Shown here: positions 1-21,529 of the stretch, piece by piece
Position numbering within the stretch: position 1 is the first letter of the stretch
Layout of the letters: every line of letters begins with the position of its first letter
NCBI RefSeq assembly: GCF_009914755.1
Contig: NC_060925.1
Source: the human T2T-CHM13v2.0 reference genome, Homo sapiens
DNA length: 64,000 bases
Reading direction: 5' to 3' (one strand)
Made by a program: the position numbers and the translations under genes
The notes under the pieces: model-generated
Told to the model about the DNA's origin: nothing
Seen by the model: the letters and a program-made list of their open reading frames with translations, nothing else
The model's database searches: none

Positions 1-886
1 CCTTGAATGCCTCTCTAAATTCCTGGAGCAGAATTGAATCCTAAAAATTAAGGCACTGTGTTATTTTTCTATACTGGGTTTAAATCTACACATAGTGTTA
101 TAAAAGTCAGGCCAAGCCAGCATCTCCCCATGATTCATAAACTAGTACACAATTTATCTTCCTCCACTTCTTCCCAGTTATTTTTTCTGTCAGTAAACCC
201 TGAGACTGAGGAAAGAGAAAATATGTTGTGGTTGCAATGAGTGTGGGATTTTTAAAAAAAATCTATATAGCAAATACTGGCAATGCTTACCTATTCGAAT
301 ATTATTCACTTTTCTTTCTGTTGAGGAAAAAAAAAAGGTGAGCCTGTGTCTCACAGGATTCAATCCTTAGCCTAGGCAGGTTCTAATTTTCTGACTTCAT
401 TAACCCTTTGAGTTCATGATAATAAAGATATTATGATCCCTTGCCAACAGTACTTTACTATTTAAAATAATTTTCACACGGTGGTTTACAGTTTAGAATA
501 TCATGTTCACAAACATTACCATATTTGAGTCTCACTGTAATATTGCCCAGATTTGTGCTTACCTACAAATAGGGGCCGACAGAGCACAGAGAGAGATGGA
601 ATGAGACGTGCTCTCAGCACTATCACTGCTGCTCTCTGATGCCATCTAGTGCAGGTTCAGCTGAACACTTATTTCTATTTAAAGCCCTATTGCCATCTGC
701 CCCTTGGTGTCATCATTCTCTCCGATCTGGATGAAGCCCTGTCTCTGACCTGCATCCCTGTCCCTCTGGGTCTTGTCTCTGCCTTTCCCTGGCCTCATTG
801 TCTCCTTTAAAACCTTCAGTGTGTGTAAATGCTGGTCATGGTGTAGGTGAAGGATGCCAAGAAGGGAGGCAGGGTATAGCAGGGCC

Positions 887-1173
<287 letters not shown>

Positions 1174-2101
1174 CTCTTTCTTTTGCAGTGCTTGCTGCGC
1201 TTCTAGAGTTCTCCTAGAGGGTGCAGGTTTCAAGGTAGCAGACACACCCATTTGGGTTGCTTTTTTATGTTTTTCATACGACATATTTCCAGATACATCA
1301 GTAAAGATGCTGTGGAAAAATTTCTGAAAGGGGCAGTATAGAAAACACCAACACCAGTGGGAGTAGAGCTGGGAAGGAGGACCGTGATGGTAAGAACACC
1401 AAGGAATCCCAGCCTTATTCATTCTCCCTTCGAACAAGAGCTTAGCTGAACACAGGAAAAACAGAGGTCTGAAGCGCTGAGTCTGAAGGATGCCCCCAGA
1501 GCTTTGAGGGCTCTGCTGTAGCATCTTTATCTTTGAGCATCCTCCACCACGGACACCTGGTGATCCCCTAAACATGCACAGGACCTGAGCCAGGTGCAGC
1601 GCCCAGAACGCTGCAGGGGCCCTCAGCACTGGGGATACAGCCTTCCTGCCCCACCTGCTGGCTCTCTGCCTTATTACATGTTACCATTTCAATCATGGCT
1701 AAATATATTCATACACATCTTATATGAATGTATATAAATGCCTTGAAAGATTGCAAAGACAACAAAAGATTAAAAGTCATTTTCTCTATGTGGTAGGATT
1801 AAGGGGGCTTTTCACTTTTTAATGTTGTTATGTTTGTTAAATTATCTACAATTAAGTGCATCATTGTGTAATCAGTAAAAAATTAATCCAAGTAGTCTTC
1901 CAATTAAAAAATTATTATTCTATGATTCATCCTGGCATTTTGATGGCCTTATTTTTACATTTATATTTTTGAGCCTTCTGGATTTTAGTTTAAGGACAGT
2001 TATAGATCTGCTGTTTTCTTTTTCCAGATAACTAGTTGTTGCGACCTTTAGCAACCTAAATGTCCATCAATAGGCATCTCATTAAATAAATTATGCTCCA
2101 T

Positions 2102-2310
2102 ACGGACACAAATAAAGGAACAATAGACACCAGGCCTACTTGAGGGAGGAGGGTGGGAGGAGGGTGAGGATTGAAAACCTACCTATCAGGTACTACGCTT
2201 ACTACCTGGGTGACAAAATAATCTATACACCAAACCCCCACAACATGCAATTTTCCTATAGAACAAACCTGCACATGTACCCCTGAACATAAAATAAAAG
2301 TTAAAAAACA
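2102..2310 (+). mobile_element. L1PA (older primate) 3' end inserted in an older L1M fragment (~2050-2740)
   Basis: aacaaacctgcacatgtacccctgaacataaaataaaagtt terminus; the flanks resemble L1M 3' sequence. Confidence 0.85.
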
Positions 2311-2316
2311 AATACA

Positions 2317-2625
<309 letters not shown>

Positions 2626-2710
2626 CTACAGCCACCCACTGAAATACTATGCAGACATGAAAAATGAGAGAATTTGATGTCATGTGCTGATAGGACAAAT
2701 GCTCACATCA

Positions 2711-3085
<375 letters not shown>

Positions 3086-3372
3086 TTAGAATATATGTAT
3101 GATGTATGTTTCCATTTATCTACCTTCCTGTAGATTCTTAAATATTTTTCTGGAAAGATACAGCAGAAGGCTAATAATGGTTCAGTTGTTCCTGGGGGCG
3201 GTGAGAAGAAAGAAAGAAAAAAGGAAAGGAAAATTTTACTTTTCATTTTATTCCTTTGATAGTGGTTGAATTATTTTTCAATATGTAATGATATTACTTT
3301 TGTTTCATAACAAACATAAAAATCATAAGTGGAACATGACTTTCATGTGTGTATGGATTTTATGTCCTCTTA

Positions 3373-3975
<603 letters not shown>

Positions 3976-4023
3976 CCCCTAAAACTTAAAGTATAATAAT
4001 AAACAAACAAACAAACAAAAAAA
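3976..4023 (+). mobile_element. Extremely short L1PA 3' tip with tail
   Basis: ccctaaaacttaaagtataataat matches the young L1PA terminus. Confidence 0.65.
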
Positions 4024-4394
4024 CCAGGTGATCCCTTCAATCAATCAGTAGCTGTCTGTGTTTTGATTGATTCTGTTCCCTTTGAAACTTCTTCCCCTAC
4101 CAGTGATAATGCCTAAAATGTATTGATTACTTTCTATGAGCCAAGCACTGTTCTGCTTATCAATGCTGTAGTTATCTAATATTCCTTCGTTAGTAGGTAG
4201 CAGGGCTGAGATTTATGCTTAGACTTTCAACCCAGAGGATATGGAACTTTTTTGTTAGTTTGTTTTGTGCACAGGGAAAGAAGGAACAGAGCCTGTGGAA
4301 CTTAACCCCTACTCCATACTGCCTTTTTGTTAAACTTGCAGAAATTGGAAGAAAACTTCAATTTTATTTATTTATTCAGAAAATATCTTCTGGG

Positions 4395-4704
4395 TTTTTG
4401 TTTTGTTTTGCTTTTTTGAGACGGAGTTTTGTTCTGTTGCCCAGGACAGAGTGCAGTGGCGTGATCTCACTTCAAGCTCACTTCAAGCTCCGCCTCCAGG
4501 GTTCAAGCAATTTTCTTGCTTCTGCCTCCCCAGTAGCTGGGATTACATGTGCCCACTACCATGCTCAGCTAATTTTTGTATTTTTAGTAGAGACGGGGTT
4601 TCACCATGTTGGCCAGGCTGGTCTTGAACTCCCAACCTCAGGTGATCCACCCGCTTCTGCCTTCCAAAGTACTAGGATTACAGGTGTGAGCCACCGCGCC
4701 CGCC
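4395..4704 (-). mobile_element. Alu (AluSx-like)
   Basis: Reverse Alu; local 11-bp duplication tcacttcaagc. Confidence 0.92.
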
Positions 4705-4774
4705 AGTAAACATTTTCTGAATGTCTGGTATATCCAGGTGAAGCTGTTAAGTTGCTTCTTCCTTTTGTTTGGAT

Positions 4775-4934
4775 ATTTTTTTTGGAGGGAGGAGTGGTCC
4801 CACTCTGTCTTCCAGAGTGGAGGGCAGTGGCTAAATCATAGCTTACTGCAGCTTTAAACTCCTGGGTTCAAGCAATTCTCCTGCCTCAGCCTCCCAAGTA
4901 TTTGGGACCACAAGCACATGCCACTGCTCCTGGC
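4775..4934 (-). mobile_element. Alu right-arm/FRAM fragment
   Basis: Diverged right monomer. Confidence 0.75.
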
Positions 4935-5450
4935 TCCTGTTTCTTGCTTCTGTTAAGGAAAGCTTCCCGGAGGAAGCACAAATGGGTGAACCTAAAGTCT
5001 CTTTGATGTTGCTAGTGGGACTGAGGAGCAGGAAATGGTGGCTCACGGGAGCAGCAAACACTAAAGCTGTCCTTAGCTACGCGAAGGACTTGCAGAGGAG
5101 TCTTGCTGATAATGGCCACTTCATCTTGGAGTTCATAGCTGGTTCCTTGCATGCTGGAGATACAAAGTGGTCCTACCCTTCCAAGAGTTTCAGCTTCCTA
5201 AAAACTCTTGCAGTAATTCTGCCAGTGGATTTATTATTAAAGGGAAGCGGAGGGTGCTAGTGTGTTGCCCTCAATAAAGGGAAGTTGAGAAGTGGAAAAA
5301 CACAATTCTCAAACTTTTTTGTTATTCATTAACTCATGTCATCATTTTATTGAACTCATTAATGAGAGAACCAATAAGGAGACAAAAGAGCTGCTTTGAG
5401 GAGGATTTGAGAAACAGGAATTTAAACAGTCAATAAGAAAAGAATTGTCA

Positions 5451-5785
<335 letters not shown>

Positions 5786-5990
5786 CTAACTTTCTAGCAC
5801 AGTAAAACCAAAACCCCTTTGTGATTAACTTCTCAATTGGGCAATAAAACCCTATCATTGTATCAAGTTCTGCAGGTTAGCCTTTACCCAACAGGACTAT
5901 AAATGTCTGTGCATTTGTAAGTTGTAGATTATTTATCAAATGTACTGTGACAACAAAGTCACATTCCCTGGGAGAGTCAGATGAGTGTCA

Positions 5991-6346
<356 letters not shown>

Positions 6347-6599
6347 TGCTCTAGTGTGATATATAAAAAAATCCTCAATTTTACCATTTCCAAGTTTCAA
6401 GAAATTATTCTTTCACAGCAAAGAAGAACTCATCTAGCTTTAGAGATAGGCTACCTGGGTTACTTAGTAAGTATATGAACTTGAACAAGTTACTAGCTTA
6501 CTAACCCTTTCTGAACATCACTTTCCTGGTCTATAAAATGGGAATAATAATACTGTGATAGAGTTTATTTCTCCCATGTGAAAGAACATACAGCTATAA

Positions 6600-6903
<304 letters not shown>

Positions 6904-7792
6904 AGAGTTCACTTTTTCAAATTATTCCAATCCTGGTCTGAGAATGGTTGATTAATACGTGTAGATCTTACTTCTGGGTTTGTTTGACCAATATGAGATT
7001 GGGAGTGAGAATCTGTACAAACTGAAGCCAGACCCCACCTAGACTGGCCAGAATCAGAAGACAAGCCAGGGATTTGAGAAGCCACGCTTTGAGGCCTGGG
7101 AAAATAAGATGGGCTAAGAAAATAAACAGTCAAGATTTTGAGATATTTATTTGGAGGGATAGCTGAGCAAAAATACAGTTTAAACGGTCCACTTGAATAT
7201 CAGCAGTGAATTGACCATTATAAACAGAATGACAAGTGACATGATTATTAATAAGTAAAATCTAATTTTACATCTTGGTAACTTTGCAAACAGCTTCTTG
7301 ACATTTGCCTTTTACTGTTCCTTGTGCTTTCCATTATTTCACTTTATCCTTATCCACCTCTGAGATGGGCAGAAGAGGTACTATTTTGTTTGACTGAGAA
7401 CTTCATACAGTCAGGAGCTTCATACAATCATTTGCTTCTGTGTCTCTGCAGACTGAGGCCCTTTAGAAAGTAATTTAAATAGAATTGAGTTTCCATTGTG
7501 CAGATGAAGTAACAGGCCCAGCAGCGAAGCCTGGGCCTGTGTCACCTAAGGTGACACTGTGGCAGAACTGTAACTAGAACCCAAGCCTCCTGTCCTCTAC
7601 TAGAAGGTCTCCTATGCCCAGCAGCTGTAAAGGTTTGTACTGCAGAGTTCTACCTTGCACGCTCTGGGGAGTAAGCCTTGCATACTTCAGGCCTCTATAT
7701 ATGGCCAGGAGTGGAGTCTAGGAGAGCGTCCAAATAAAGCACCAGGCTGAGTTCAATGTTGCTGCCTTTTGGCCCTGGAGAAATGCTGGAAA

Positions 7793-8252
<460 letters not shown>

Positions 8253-8254
8253 AA

Positions 8255-8342
8255 ATCCCATCCCTTAAAAAAATTTTTAGAGATCCTATCTCTTAAAAAA
8301 ATTTTTAGAGATCCCATCTGTTAAAAAAAATTATTAAAAAAA
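8255..8342 (+). repeat. 28-bp tandem repeat, ~3 copies
   Basis: Unit atcc(c/t)atc(c/t)cttaaaaaaatttttagag. Confidence 0.85.
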
Positions 8343-9012
8343 TGTTGGAAAGAGAAAGACCAAAGAGAGCCATGCCTTTTAAAGTCCTCCCTAAAGTGTC
8401 ATCTTGCCAGCCCTTCCAGTCATTCACACAACAATCCTAGTCATAAACTGGGGCCATGCTTGCCATCACCAGGGGTCAGGAAAACTGGCCAGCTGAACCT
8501 GCTTGGATGGTGGAAGCGAGTGTGGGTGTTAGAGAAGGAGATGTCGGGACTCCGTGCTTGTCTGGAATCACTCCACCACACTCTGGTCAGTAGGTATAGG
8601 ACTGACAAAGCCCTTCCTCAGAGATGCTGGGTCAGTGAGGAGACCCCAGCTTGTCTCAGCCATCTCACCCCACTCCCATTTTAGCGTCTGGGGGGAAACT
8701 GAGAATGAAAGTGACCTTGAGTAAACTAAACACAGTTTGGCTATTCATTATATGTATTCCTGTCTGTTCCTTTCTCATTCTATCCTCACTGGGTTGTTTT
8801 TGCATCTGTCAAATAGTTCTAGGCTTTCCTCCCCATCAAACTCAGCCTTTTATGGATTTACATACCAGAGACTTCCAAGCCACAGTTCAGAAGTGATTTG
8901 TGGAGAAAGGAACAGTAAATTTGTGGAGAAATGAGCCTGGGAATGGACGCAGTGGCCAGGCTGTGGAGCCATTTATATCTACTTCTCCCTCTGCCGGAGG
9001 CTGTTTGTTTGA

Positions 9013-9500
<488 letters not shown>

Positions 9501-9735
9501 AGTATATTCAAGGTGAGCTTCCTATTATTAGATATGGCCCAAGTGAAAACCTGGAGCTTGTCTGAATTGGACAGCCAAGGAGAGAGGCAGAAGAGGATTA
9601 GTGGAAAAAGCAGAAACTTCTAGGCTTGACTCAATGACTGTATTGTGCGTGATTTGGGGCAAGCCACCTTCCTCTCCATCTCCTCCTCTAGTAAATGTTC
9701 AGCATCCTGAGGTCTCCAGTTCTGAAAGGGTATGG

Positions 9736-10054
<319 letters not shown>

Positions 10055-10398
10055 TAACTCACAGAACATGAAATTATATGGTTTTAATAATGCAAAGCTA
10101 CTTCCATGGGGCTACAGCAGAGAGAAAATAAGGCTAAAATGGAACTTAAAGCTCAAAACATTTCTACATGGCTGTTTACAGGGGCAGGTGGAGGGAGTCC
10201 TCCCTCTGCATTAATAGAAAACAAAAACAATTGGGCCTATTCGGCATTGTTGGAAATGTTCTATGTCTTGATCTGGTGGGTTTTTACCTGTGTACAATAT
10301 ATGTACACACGTAAAAATTCATTTAGCTGTACACATAATTTCTATGACTTTTTTGTATGTAAATTATACCTCAATGGAAAGGTTTTAAAATGGACTTA

Positions 10399-11250
<852 letters not shown>

Positions 11251-11723
11251 TTAAAAAGGTTATCTATTTGTGCTGAGGGAAGAGGTAGAATATTAGGGAA
11301 CCAATAAGATAACTTCTCTTTTGGAGAGGTTTCCAAAGTCCTTCTGTCCTCAGAAATTCTCATGTTCCTCCCCAGGGACAGAAAAATCCTCCTTGCTGTC
11401 TAATCTCCATCTCTCCTATTGCAATGCTAGCCACTCCCTCTGCCCTCATGGAGCCCAGCCTTTCCCCTGGCCTCAGACAAAATCTCTTTAGAGCCCTGTA
11501 ATTTGGAGTGTTGAGAGAGATTCCATTTCAACCTTTTCACCATCCGTTCTCTGCCCCTCACCCTATTCTCTTCTTCTTGGGGATGTCAATTCCTGTTCTG
11601 AGCCCGCCCCCCACCCAGGCCCTTTTCCGGTGGTATGTGCCAGCCGGTCCTGCATCCCACATCCCCAGCTGTTGACATTTCATTGCCATTACCCACAGAA
11701 TAAAGAAAGGGGCCCTGTTATTC

Positions 11724-11761
11724 AACAATAGGGGAAAAGACAGAGACAATGGGAAATTGTG
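11724..11761. promoter_or_regulatory. SOX monomer plus SOXE dimer site at the HAPLN2 promoter
   Basis: AACAAT (11724) and inverted pair ACAAT-gggaa-ATTGT (11746-11760). Confidence 0.65.
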
Positions 11762-11789
11762 CTTCCGATGGGGTGGGGACTGAGAAGGA

Positions 11790-11924
11790 AAGGACAGACA
11801 GACAGACAGACAGGGGGTTGTACAGAAGAGGTCCGGTTTCTTGAAGCAGCTGGAAGTCCTGGATAGTTCCCACCTGAAAGTCTGTTTGCAAAGGCAATGC
11901 GCACTCAGGCACCAGAGGGCAGAG
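11790..11924 (+). other. HAPLN2: HAPLN2 non-coding exon 1 (start approximate)
   Basis: Strong donor GAG|GTGAGT at 11924/11925 in unique sequence just downstream of a SOX-site cluster. TSS cannot be fixed from sequence. Confidence 0.65.
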
Positions 11925-12406
11925 GTGAGTACTCTGTTGTGGGGAGAGGGGAGATGGGGATGCTGCTTAGATGAGGCGCATATGGAAAGGGAGGCAGCTC
12001 GAGCTTGGCAGTTATGGATCTTTGAGCCACATTTAGAGTTCATCCCCATCCCCATCAGTCCAACACCTTCATATCCACCGATCAATCTACACCTCTCTGG
12101 TTCAAAGGCATCGAGAAAAAATGAAGCACCTCACTTTCTGCACTCTTCCAGGTCATCATTCCTGGGTTGCTCCCTTTATTCCACTCCCCTTCATGGGTTC
12201 CCAGCCCTCATCCCAACCCCAGCATCTTCCCCTGGTCCCGGAATAGTGATTTCCACAGATATAGTCACAGGGCTGGACACAGGTCTCTTAACATGGCTTA
12301 GTGGACTGATGGGGGTGGGGGTCGTTCTTGGCACCTTGGCTTCTTCTTTGAGCACAGGACAGAAGCTTTTCCTCAAAGGTGCAAAAGGAGCAACTGTGTT
12401 GAACAG

Positions 12407-12547
12407 GGGCTCAAGTTCCAGGGTTTTAAGGTGCTTGGAACTCCCAGGAGCCTGGCAAACCTTCATCCAGAACCTCTTCCTCAAGCAAGACAAAAAGCTG
12501 CTAAGCACTGCTCCCTCCGTCTCTGTGAAGAGACCAGCTTCTAACAG
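12407..12547 (+). other. HAPLN2: HAPLN2 non-coding exon 2
   Basis: Acceptor gaacag|GGGCTC at 12406/12407 (alternative ttttcctcaaag| at 12378); donor CAG|GTAGGC at 12547/12548. Confidence 0.65.
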
Positions 12548-12639
12548 GTAGGCAATGGGCTGCTGACTACTCTCATTTTCTGTAAGAGGTATGAAGAGCA
12601 TGTGTGTGCACTGTTTTGAAATGCAGAAATATAGATTAG

Positions 12640-12885
12640 TGATTAAGCGCTTGAGCCTCACTGTCAGATCTGTATTCAAATCCCAGCAAACCCTTCCTCT
12701 TACTAGCTGTGTGACCTCATTTCCTAAAATAGGTGCACCTTGGTTTCAGCATGTGTACAGTAGGATTTATAATTGTTTCTGCCTCAGGATTGCTGGGAGG
12801 AGTAAATATAAAAATATACATGTAAAGTGCTTAGAGCAGTGTCAGGCACATTCAATTTTAAACGTGTTCATTTGAGCTATCATTA
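12640..12885. mobile_element. MIR
   Basis: Core motifs: caaatcccagc...tactagctgtgtgacct...tgtaaagtgcttagagcagtg. Confidence 0.7.
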
Positions 12886-13249
12886 TTGTTGGTCTCAGTC
12901 AATCTCAGTCCTCACGATCATTCTTACTTATCAAGTTCTCCTATAAAGAAGTGGTTCTCTTGCTCATGTTCGCATCCCAGATACTTTCACCTTTAACCAC
13001 TGAGAAGTTTTCTATGCATAACCTCCGTTTCTCCTACTGCAAACTGGTCTTTGGTCCTCATTTGCAGAAAGATGGAGCTCCATTCTTTAGATTTCTGGCA
13101 ACTTCTCAGGGTGCTTCCTCCATCTCCCCATTCCCCATCCCATCTTCCCATGAATCCTTAATGTAAGTTCATTAAACCATACACACTTATTTAGCACCTA
13201 CTATGTACCAGAAACTATGCTGGGAACTGGAGATAACAGCTAACACATA

Positions 13250-13405
13250 GACAGCACTTATTACATTCCAGACACTATTTCAAGCATTTTGCGTATATCA
13301 ATTTATTTATTCCTCACAACTACTCAGTGAGGTAGGTGTGCTATTATTCCCCACATTTCACTGATGAGGACACTGAGGCAGAGAGAGGTTAAGGAACTTG
13401 TGCAT
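13250..13405. mobile_element. MIR (preceded by a short L2 tail fragment at ~13165-13240)
   Basis: cctcacaac...gatgaggacactgaggcagagagaggttaag. Confidence 0.7.
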
Positions 13406-13449
13406 GATAATTAACTTATGCATAGTCATGCAATTAGGAAATAGAGTAG

Positions 13450-13812
<363 letters not shown>

Positions 13813-13844
13813 TAAGGTCAGAGGGATAAGAATGATACAATAGG

Positions 13845-14141
<297 letters not shown>

Positions 14142-14558
14142 GAATGTTACAATAAAGGAGGAGCTGGGTGCAGTGGCTCAAACTTGGGAGGCTGAAGTGG
14201 GAGCATTGCTTGAGCCCAGGAATTGGGCAACCTAGTAAGACCCTGTATCTGATTAAAAAATTTTTTTTACCGGGAGGTGGAGCTTGCAGTGATCCAAGAT
14301 CGTGCCACTGTGCTCCAGCCTGGGCAACAGAGCGAGACTCCATCTAGAAAAAAAAAACACAAAACAAATTTAAAGGGGGGAATAACTACAGTACTGAAAT
14401 AGATAATTGCATTTGAAGTAGTTTTTAAAAATAACTTTATAATTTTATATTTTTTAACTTCATAATTTCTGTATCTATATGTGGATACATATTATGTTCA
14501 AATTCACACTGTTAAGTTTAGGTGCTAATAAAAGTACTTGTAAGACAAAAAAAGTCCT

Positions 14559-14883
<325 letters not shown>

Positions 14884-15180
14884 CTACAGTGTGGCAAACT
14901 GGGGGTGGGTAAAGGTTTCCCAAAGGAGGTGAGGCCTGTGCGACCAATGCAGGCACAAAGGAAAGGAAATGAATGCAAACTTGGACTGTGTGGGAAACTG
15001 CCAGAAATCCAGCATGTCAGGGGAACAGTGCAGAGGCCAAAGTGGTTAAGAGGCGAGGCGGGGACCATGCTGGAGGTGCAGGGAGCAACTGGATTATAGA
15101 CAGCCTTGGAAGCTGTGGTTATGAGATTGGATTTTATCCTCAGGGCAACTGGGAGTCACTTTCAAGCAGGAGAGTGACAA

Positions 15181-15431
15181 GGCCAGGCACGGTGGCTCAC
15201 GCCTGCTGTAATCCCAGCACCAGCCTTGTCAACACAGCATGACCTTGTCTCTACTAAAAACTTAAAAAGAAACAATTAGCTGGGTGTGGTGGCACATGTC
15301 TGTAGTTCCAGCTACTCAGGAGGCTGAAATGGGAGGATCACCTGGAGCTGGAAGTTAGGGGCTGCAGTGAGCCATGATCATGCCACGGGACTCCAGCCTG
15401 GACCATGGAGCAACACTCTGTCTCAAAAAAA

Positions 15432-15478
<47 letters not shown>

Positions 15479-15487
15479 AATAAAAAA
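15181..15487 (+). mobile_element. Alu (AluJ, left-arm deletion) with (TAAA)n tail, inside an L2 fragment (~14870-15600)
   Basis: TSD aagcaggagagtga(c/t)aa. Confidence 0.88.
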
Positions 15488-15880
15488 GCAGGAGAGTGAT
15501 AAGATCATTTTGACTCTGGCTTCAAGATGGAGAATGGGTGTTGGGAGAGGATAGAGACGAGCTGGCAGTCCAGATGGCAAGCTTGGGAAGTAGCACTTGT
15601 GATGAGGGGGACAGGTAGAGAAGATGCTAAATTAGTACCTGCAGGCTGAGAGGATGTGACAGAGGAAGAGAGGGAGAGGAAGGGGATTGCTACTGCCTTC
15701 TTCCCCTCATCACCTTCATTTTGTCACCAACCCCTTTTCTCTGCCCCAGTGGCTTCCAGCTGGACAGTCCCTTCTAGGATCTCTGATGGGAGTTCACCCA
15801 CAACCCTGCTCTTCCCCACCCTTTTGCCCCAGTCCTAAGAACTGCCCACTCTTTGTGCCCTGCAGACGGTGCCGGGCTGA

Positions 15881-17783
<1,903 letters not shown>

Positions 17784-18101
17784 GCGCCCACCGTGTCCCC
17801 TCCAGCGCGCGCGAAGAAGCTTGGGAGTCGTGGCGGGGGTCTCTCGCCACCCCTTTCCGGAGAGCCTCCCCTCCCTCCAGACCCGGAGCGGCCTCTCCAG
17901 ACCTGCCTTCCCAGCCGGGGGCTGCGGGCCTCGGACCCCGGCTGGCCCGGCGGCGGGGAGGGGAGGCGGGGGCGCCTCCGGCGGCGAGATGCAGAGGTGA
18001 CCCTCGGACCCGCTGCCGTTCGCGAACCCTAGCAGAGGACTCAGCCACCGCCGAGGGGAGGGTGAGGCGGCCGGGGGCATTAACTGACCTCTGAGTACAG
18101 C

Positions 18102-18107
18102 AATAAA
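18102..18107 (+). terminator. HAPLN2: HAPLN2 polyadenylation signal
   Basis: AATAAA ~320 nt after the stop codon, followed by U/GU-rich cttttgtgttgggt. Confidence 0.88.
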
Positions 18108-19262
18108 ATAACCTGGGGATCTTTTGTGTTGGGTGGAGCTGTAAGAGCTGCGAGGCGTGGAGGGGTGTGTGTGTGTGTGTGTGCACGCTCATGTCGGGGC
18201 TGATGACCCGGGATCCTGCGTGCCCACTGAGCACCTAAGACAGGGTAAGGGGCAGGGCTGTTGCTGTTAAGGGATGGGTCAGCGGAAGAGCGGGAGTGCG
18301 GCCGGAGGGCACCAATAGGCCAAGGGAGAGAGAGAAGTGGAGACGTAGTGGGCGCCTGGCCCAGGACCCACGCAGGAGAACCCAGCATGTTGTTGCGCCA
18401 GGCGCCACGCGGGGGCGCCGCACACTCACCTAAGATTAGTTCAAATCTGCCAGGGGCGCCCCATGCCACCAGGCCCACCCTATGTGCCCCAGATAACAAA
18501 TATAAGACAACTTAAACATATTTCAAAATGTGCAGGCTGCAGACCTCCCTGAAGCGTTTGCGGGGACTACTGTTAAAGATAGGAAAGTCATATTGTTGCT
18601 AGAATTGACAGGAAATTAACCTTGCGGAAGGCGGAGGCAAATACCAAACACCAGGGCCACCAAGGCAAATGGGGAACTGGACAAGTAACATTCTTAACCT
18701 GTGGCTAAAGGAAACATACTAGCAATTCAAGAGACAAATTCTAATGTTATTAATTCACTTTTCACATATATATTGGTGTGTATATACATAGGTTTCTAAC
18801 TATACTACAAAAAAGCCTGAGCTAGATAATACTAATGAATGGGGCAAAGGGCACGAACACGCTAATGGTGCGTGATATATGTTGTAAAATTGATTTCCAA
18901 GGGGGTTCTTGCTATAATTGCTAAAGAAAATTCATCCCATGGAACATTATATAAGGGACAGAGAATGATAGAATGAACAGAGTCTTCAATAACCATCATG
19001 CAGCAAATGAGATATTTGTGCCATTTCCTAAACCTTGATTTTCTCATCTTGGCAAGGGATAATAATGTTTGTCTTTTGTGTTTGTTGTGAGAATCAGTTG
19101 AGGCATTGCATGTACTGGGTAGTACATGCCTGGTACACATAATAGGCACTCAAGTGGTACCTATAATAATTAATAATTATTGTGATTACAGTAATATGGC
19201 AACAATAGTAGTTTTTCAGCTTCTTATCAGGCAGCCTGAAGGGTTGGTTGTCGTATGGCACT

Positions 19263-20080
<818 letters not shown>

Positions 20081-20290
20081 AGCACCAAGGAGAGCAGTCT
20101 AGACTCTCTCTTAGACATAGTGGTAGTCACCCAATCTTTTCTGGGTTTTCTAAGCTATTGCCTATGATGAAGTCAGAGCCCCAGAAAGCCAAGATACTGG
20201 ACCCCAGCAGCTCAGCCAGCAGGAGGATGGCTTTTCTTCAGTGTAATGCCTTCAGCCTAAGGGCAAGAGACCATACAAGAAATGGTCACG

Positions 20291-20600
20291 GGCCAGGCGC
20301 AATGGCTCATGCCTGTAATCCCAGCACTTTGGGAGGCTGAGGCATTTGGGATCAGGAGTTTGGGACCAGCCTAGGCAACATGGCAAAACCTCATCTCTAC
20401 AAAAAAATACAAAAATTAGCTGGGCTTGGTGGCACACTCCTGTTGTCCCGGCTACTCAGGAGGCTGAGGTGGGAAGATCGCTTTAGCCAAGGAGGTCAAG
20501 GCTGCAGTAAGCCAAGATCGCACCACTGCACTCCAGCCTGGGTGACAGAGCAGGACCCTGTCTCAAAAACAAAAGCAAACAAACAAACAAACAAACAAAA
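20291..20600 (+). mobile_element. Alu (AluJ)
   Basis: Dimer with (CAAA)n tail. Confidence 0.9.
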
Positions 20601-20756
20601 CGGTGAAAAAGGCCATAAGAAGAGCTTTCCATTTGCTGCAAATCTCCATTTCTTCAATCACAAAACCACAGTACCACTCATTCCTACAACTACTCTGTAT
20701 ATTGCTATCAGCATTATTTCTTATTATAGAAAACTTTAAACATACACAAAAGTAAG

Positions 20757-21075
<319 letters not shown>

Positions 21076-21529
21076 CTACTCCATCACCTGGCTTGACCAT
21101 TATCAAAATTCTGCCCTTCTTTTTTCATGGGTCCTCTCAGTCATGTTGGGTTTTACTGGAGTATTTGAAAGTAAATCCCAGATATCCTATCTTTTCACCT
21201 GTGAGACTCAATATGCATTTCTAACACACAATGACTTCTAAAAATAACCATAATTCCATTATCACACTTCCCCAACAAAATTAAACTAAACATTAGTCAT
21301 CTAATATTTAGTTCATGATCATTTTTCCCTGAATGTCCAAAAAATAAAATTTTATAGTTGGTTTCCTCAAACCAGAATCCAACTAAGGTCTACAACGTTG
21401 CAATTGGTTAATTTGGGGGCTGAGGGAGTTAATTAATGCTTTTTTTTTTTAAGGGACAGGGTTTCACTATGTTTCCCAGGCTAGACTTTAATTCCTGGGT
21501 TCAAGTTATCCTCCTGCCTCAGCCTCCTA

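Noticed and set aside
8255-8342. 28-bp repeats considered as a CRISPR-like array
   Set aside because: No spacers; derived from an Alu-family tail in human DNA.
11841-12551. 236-aa ORF across HAPLN2 exon 1, intron 1 and exon 2
   Set aside because: TTG start, runs through a strong donor, no recognisable domain.
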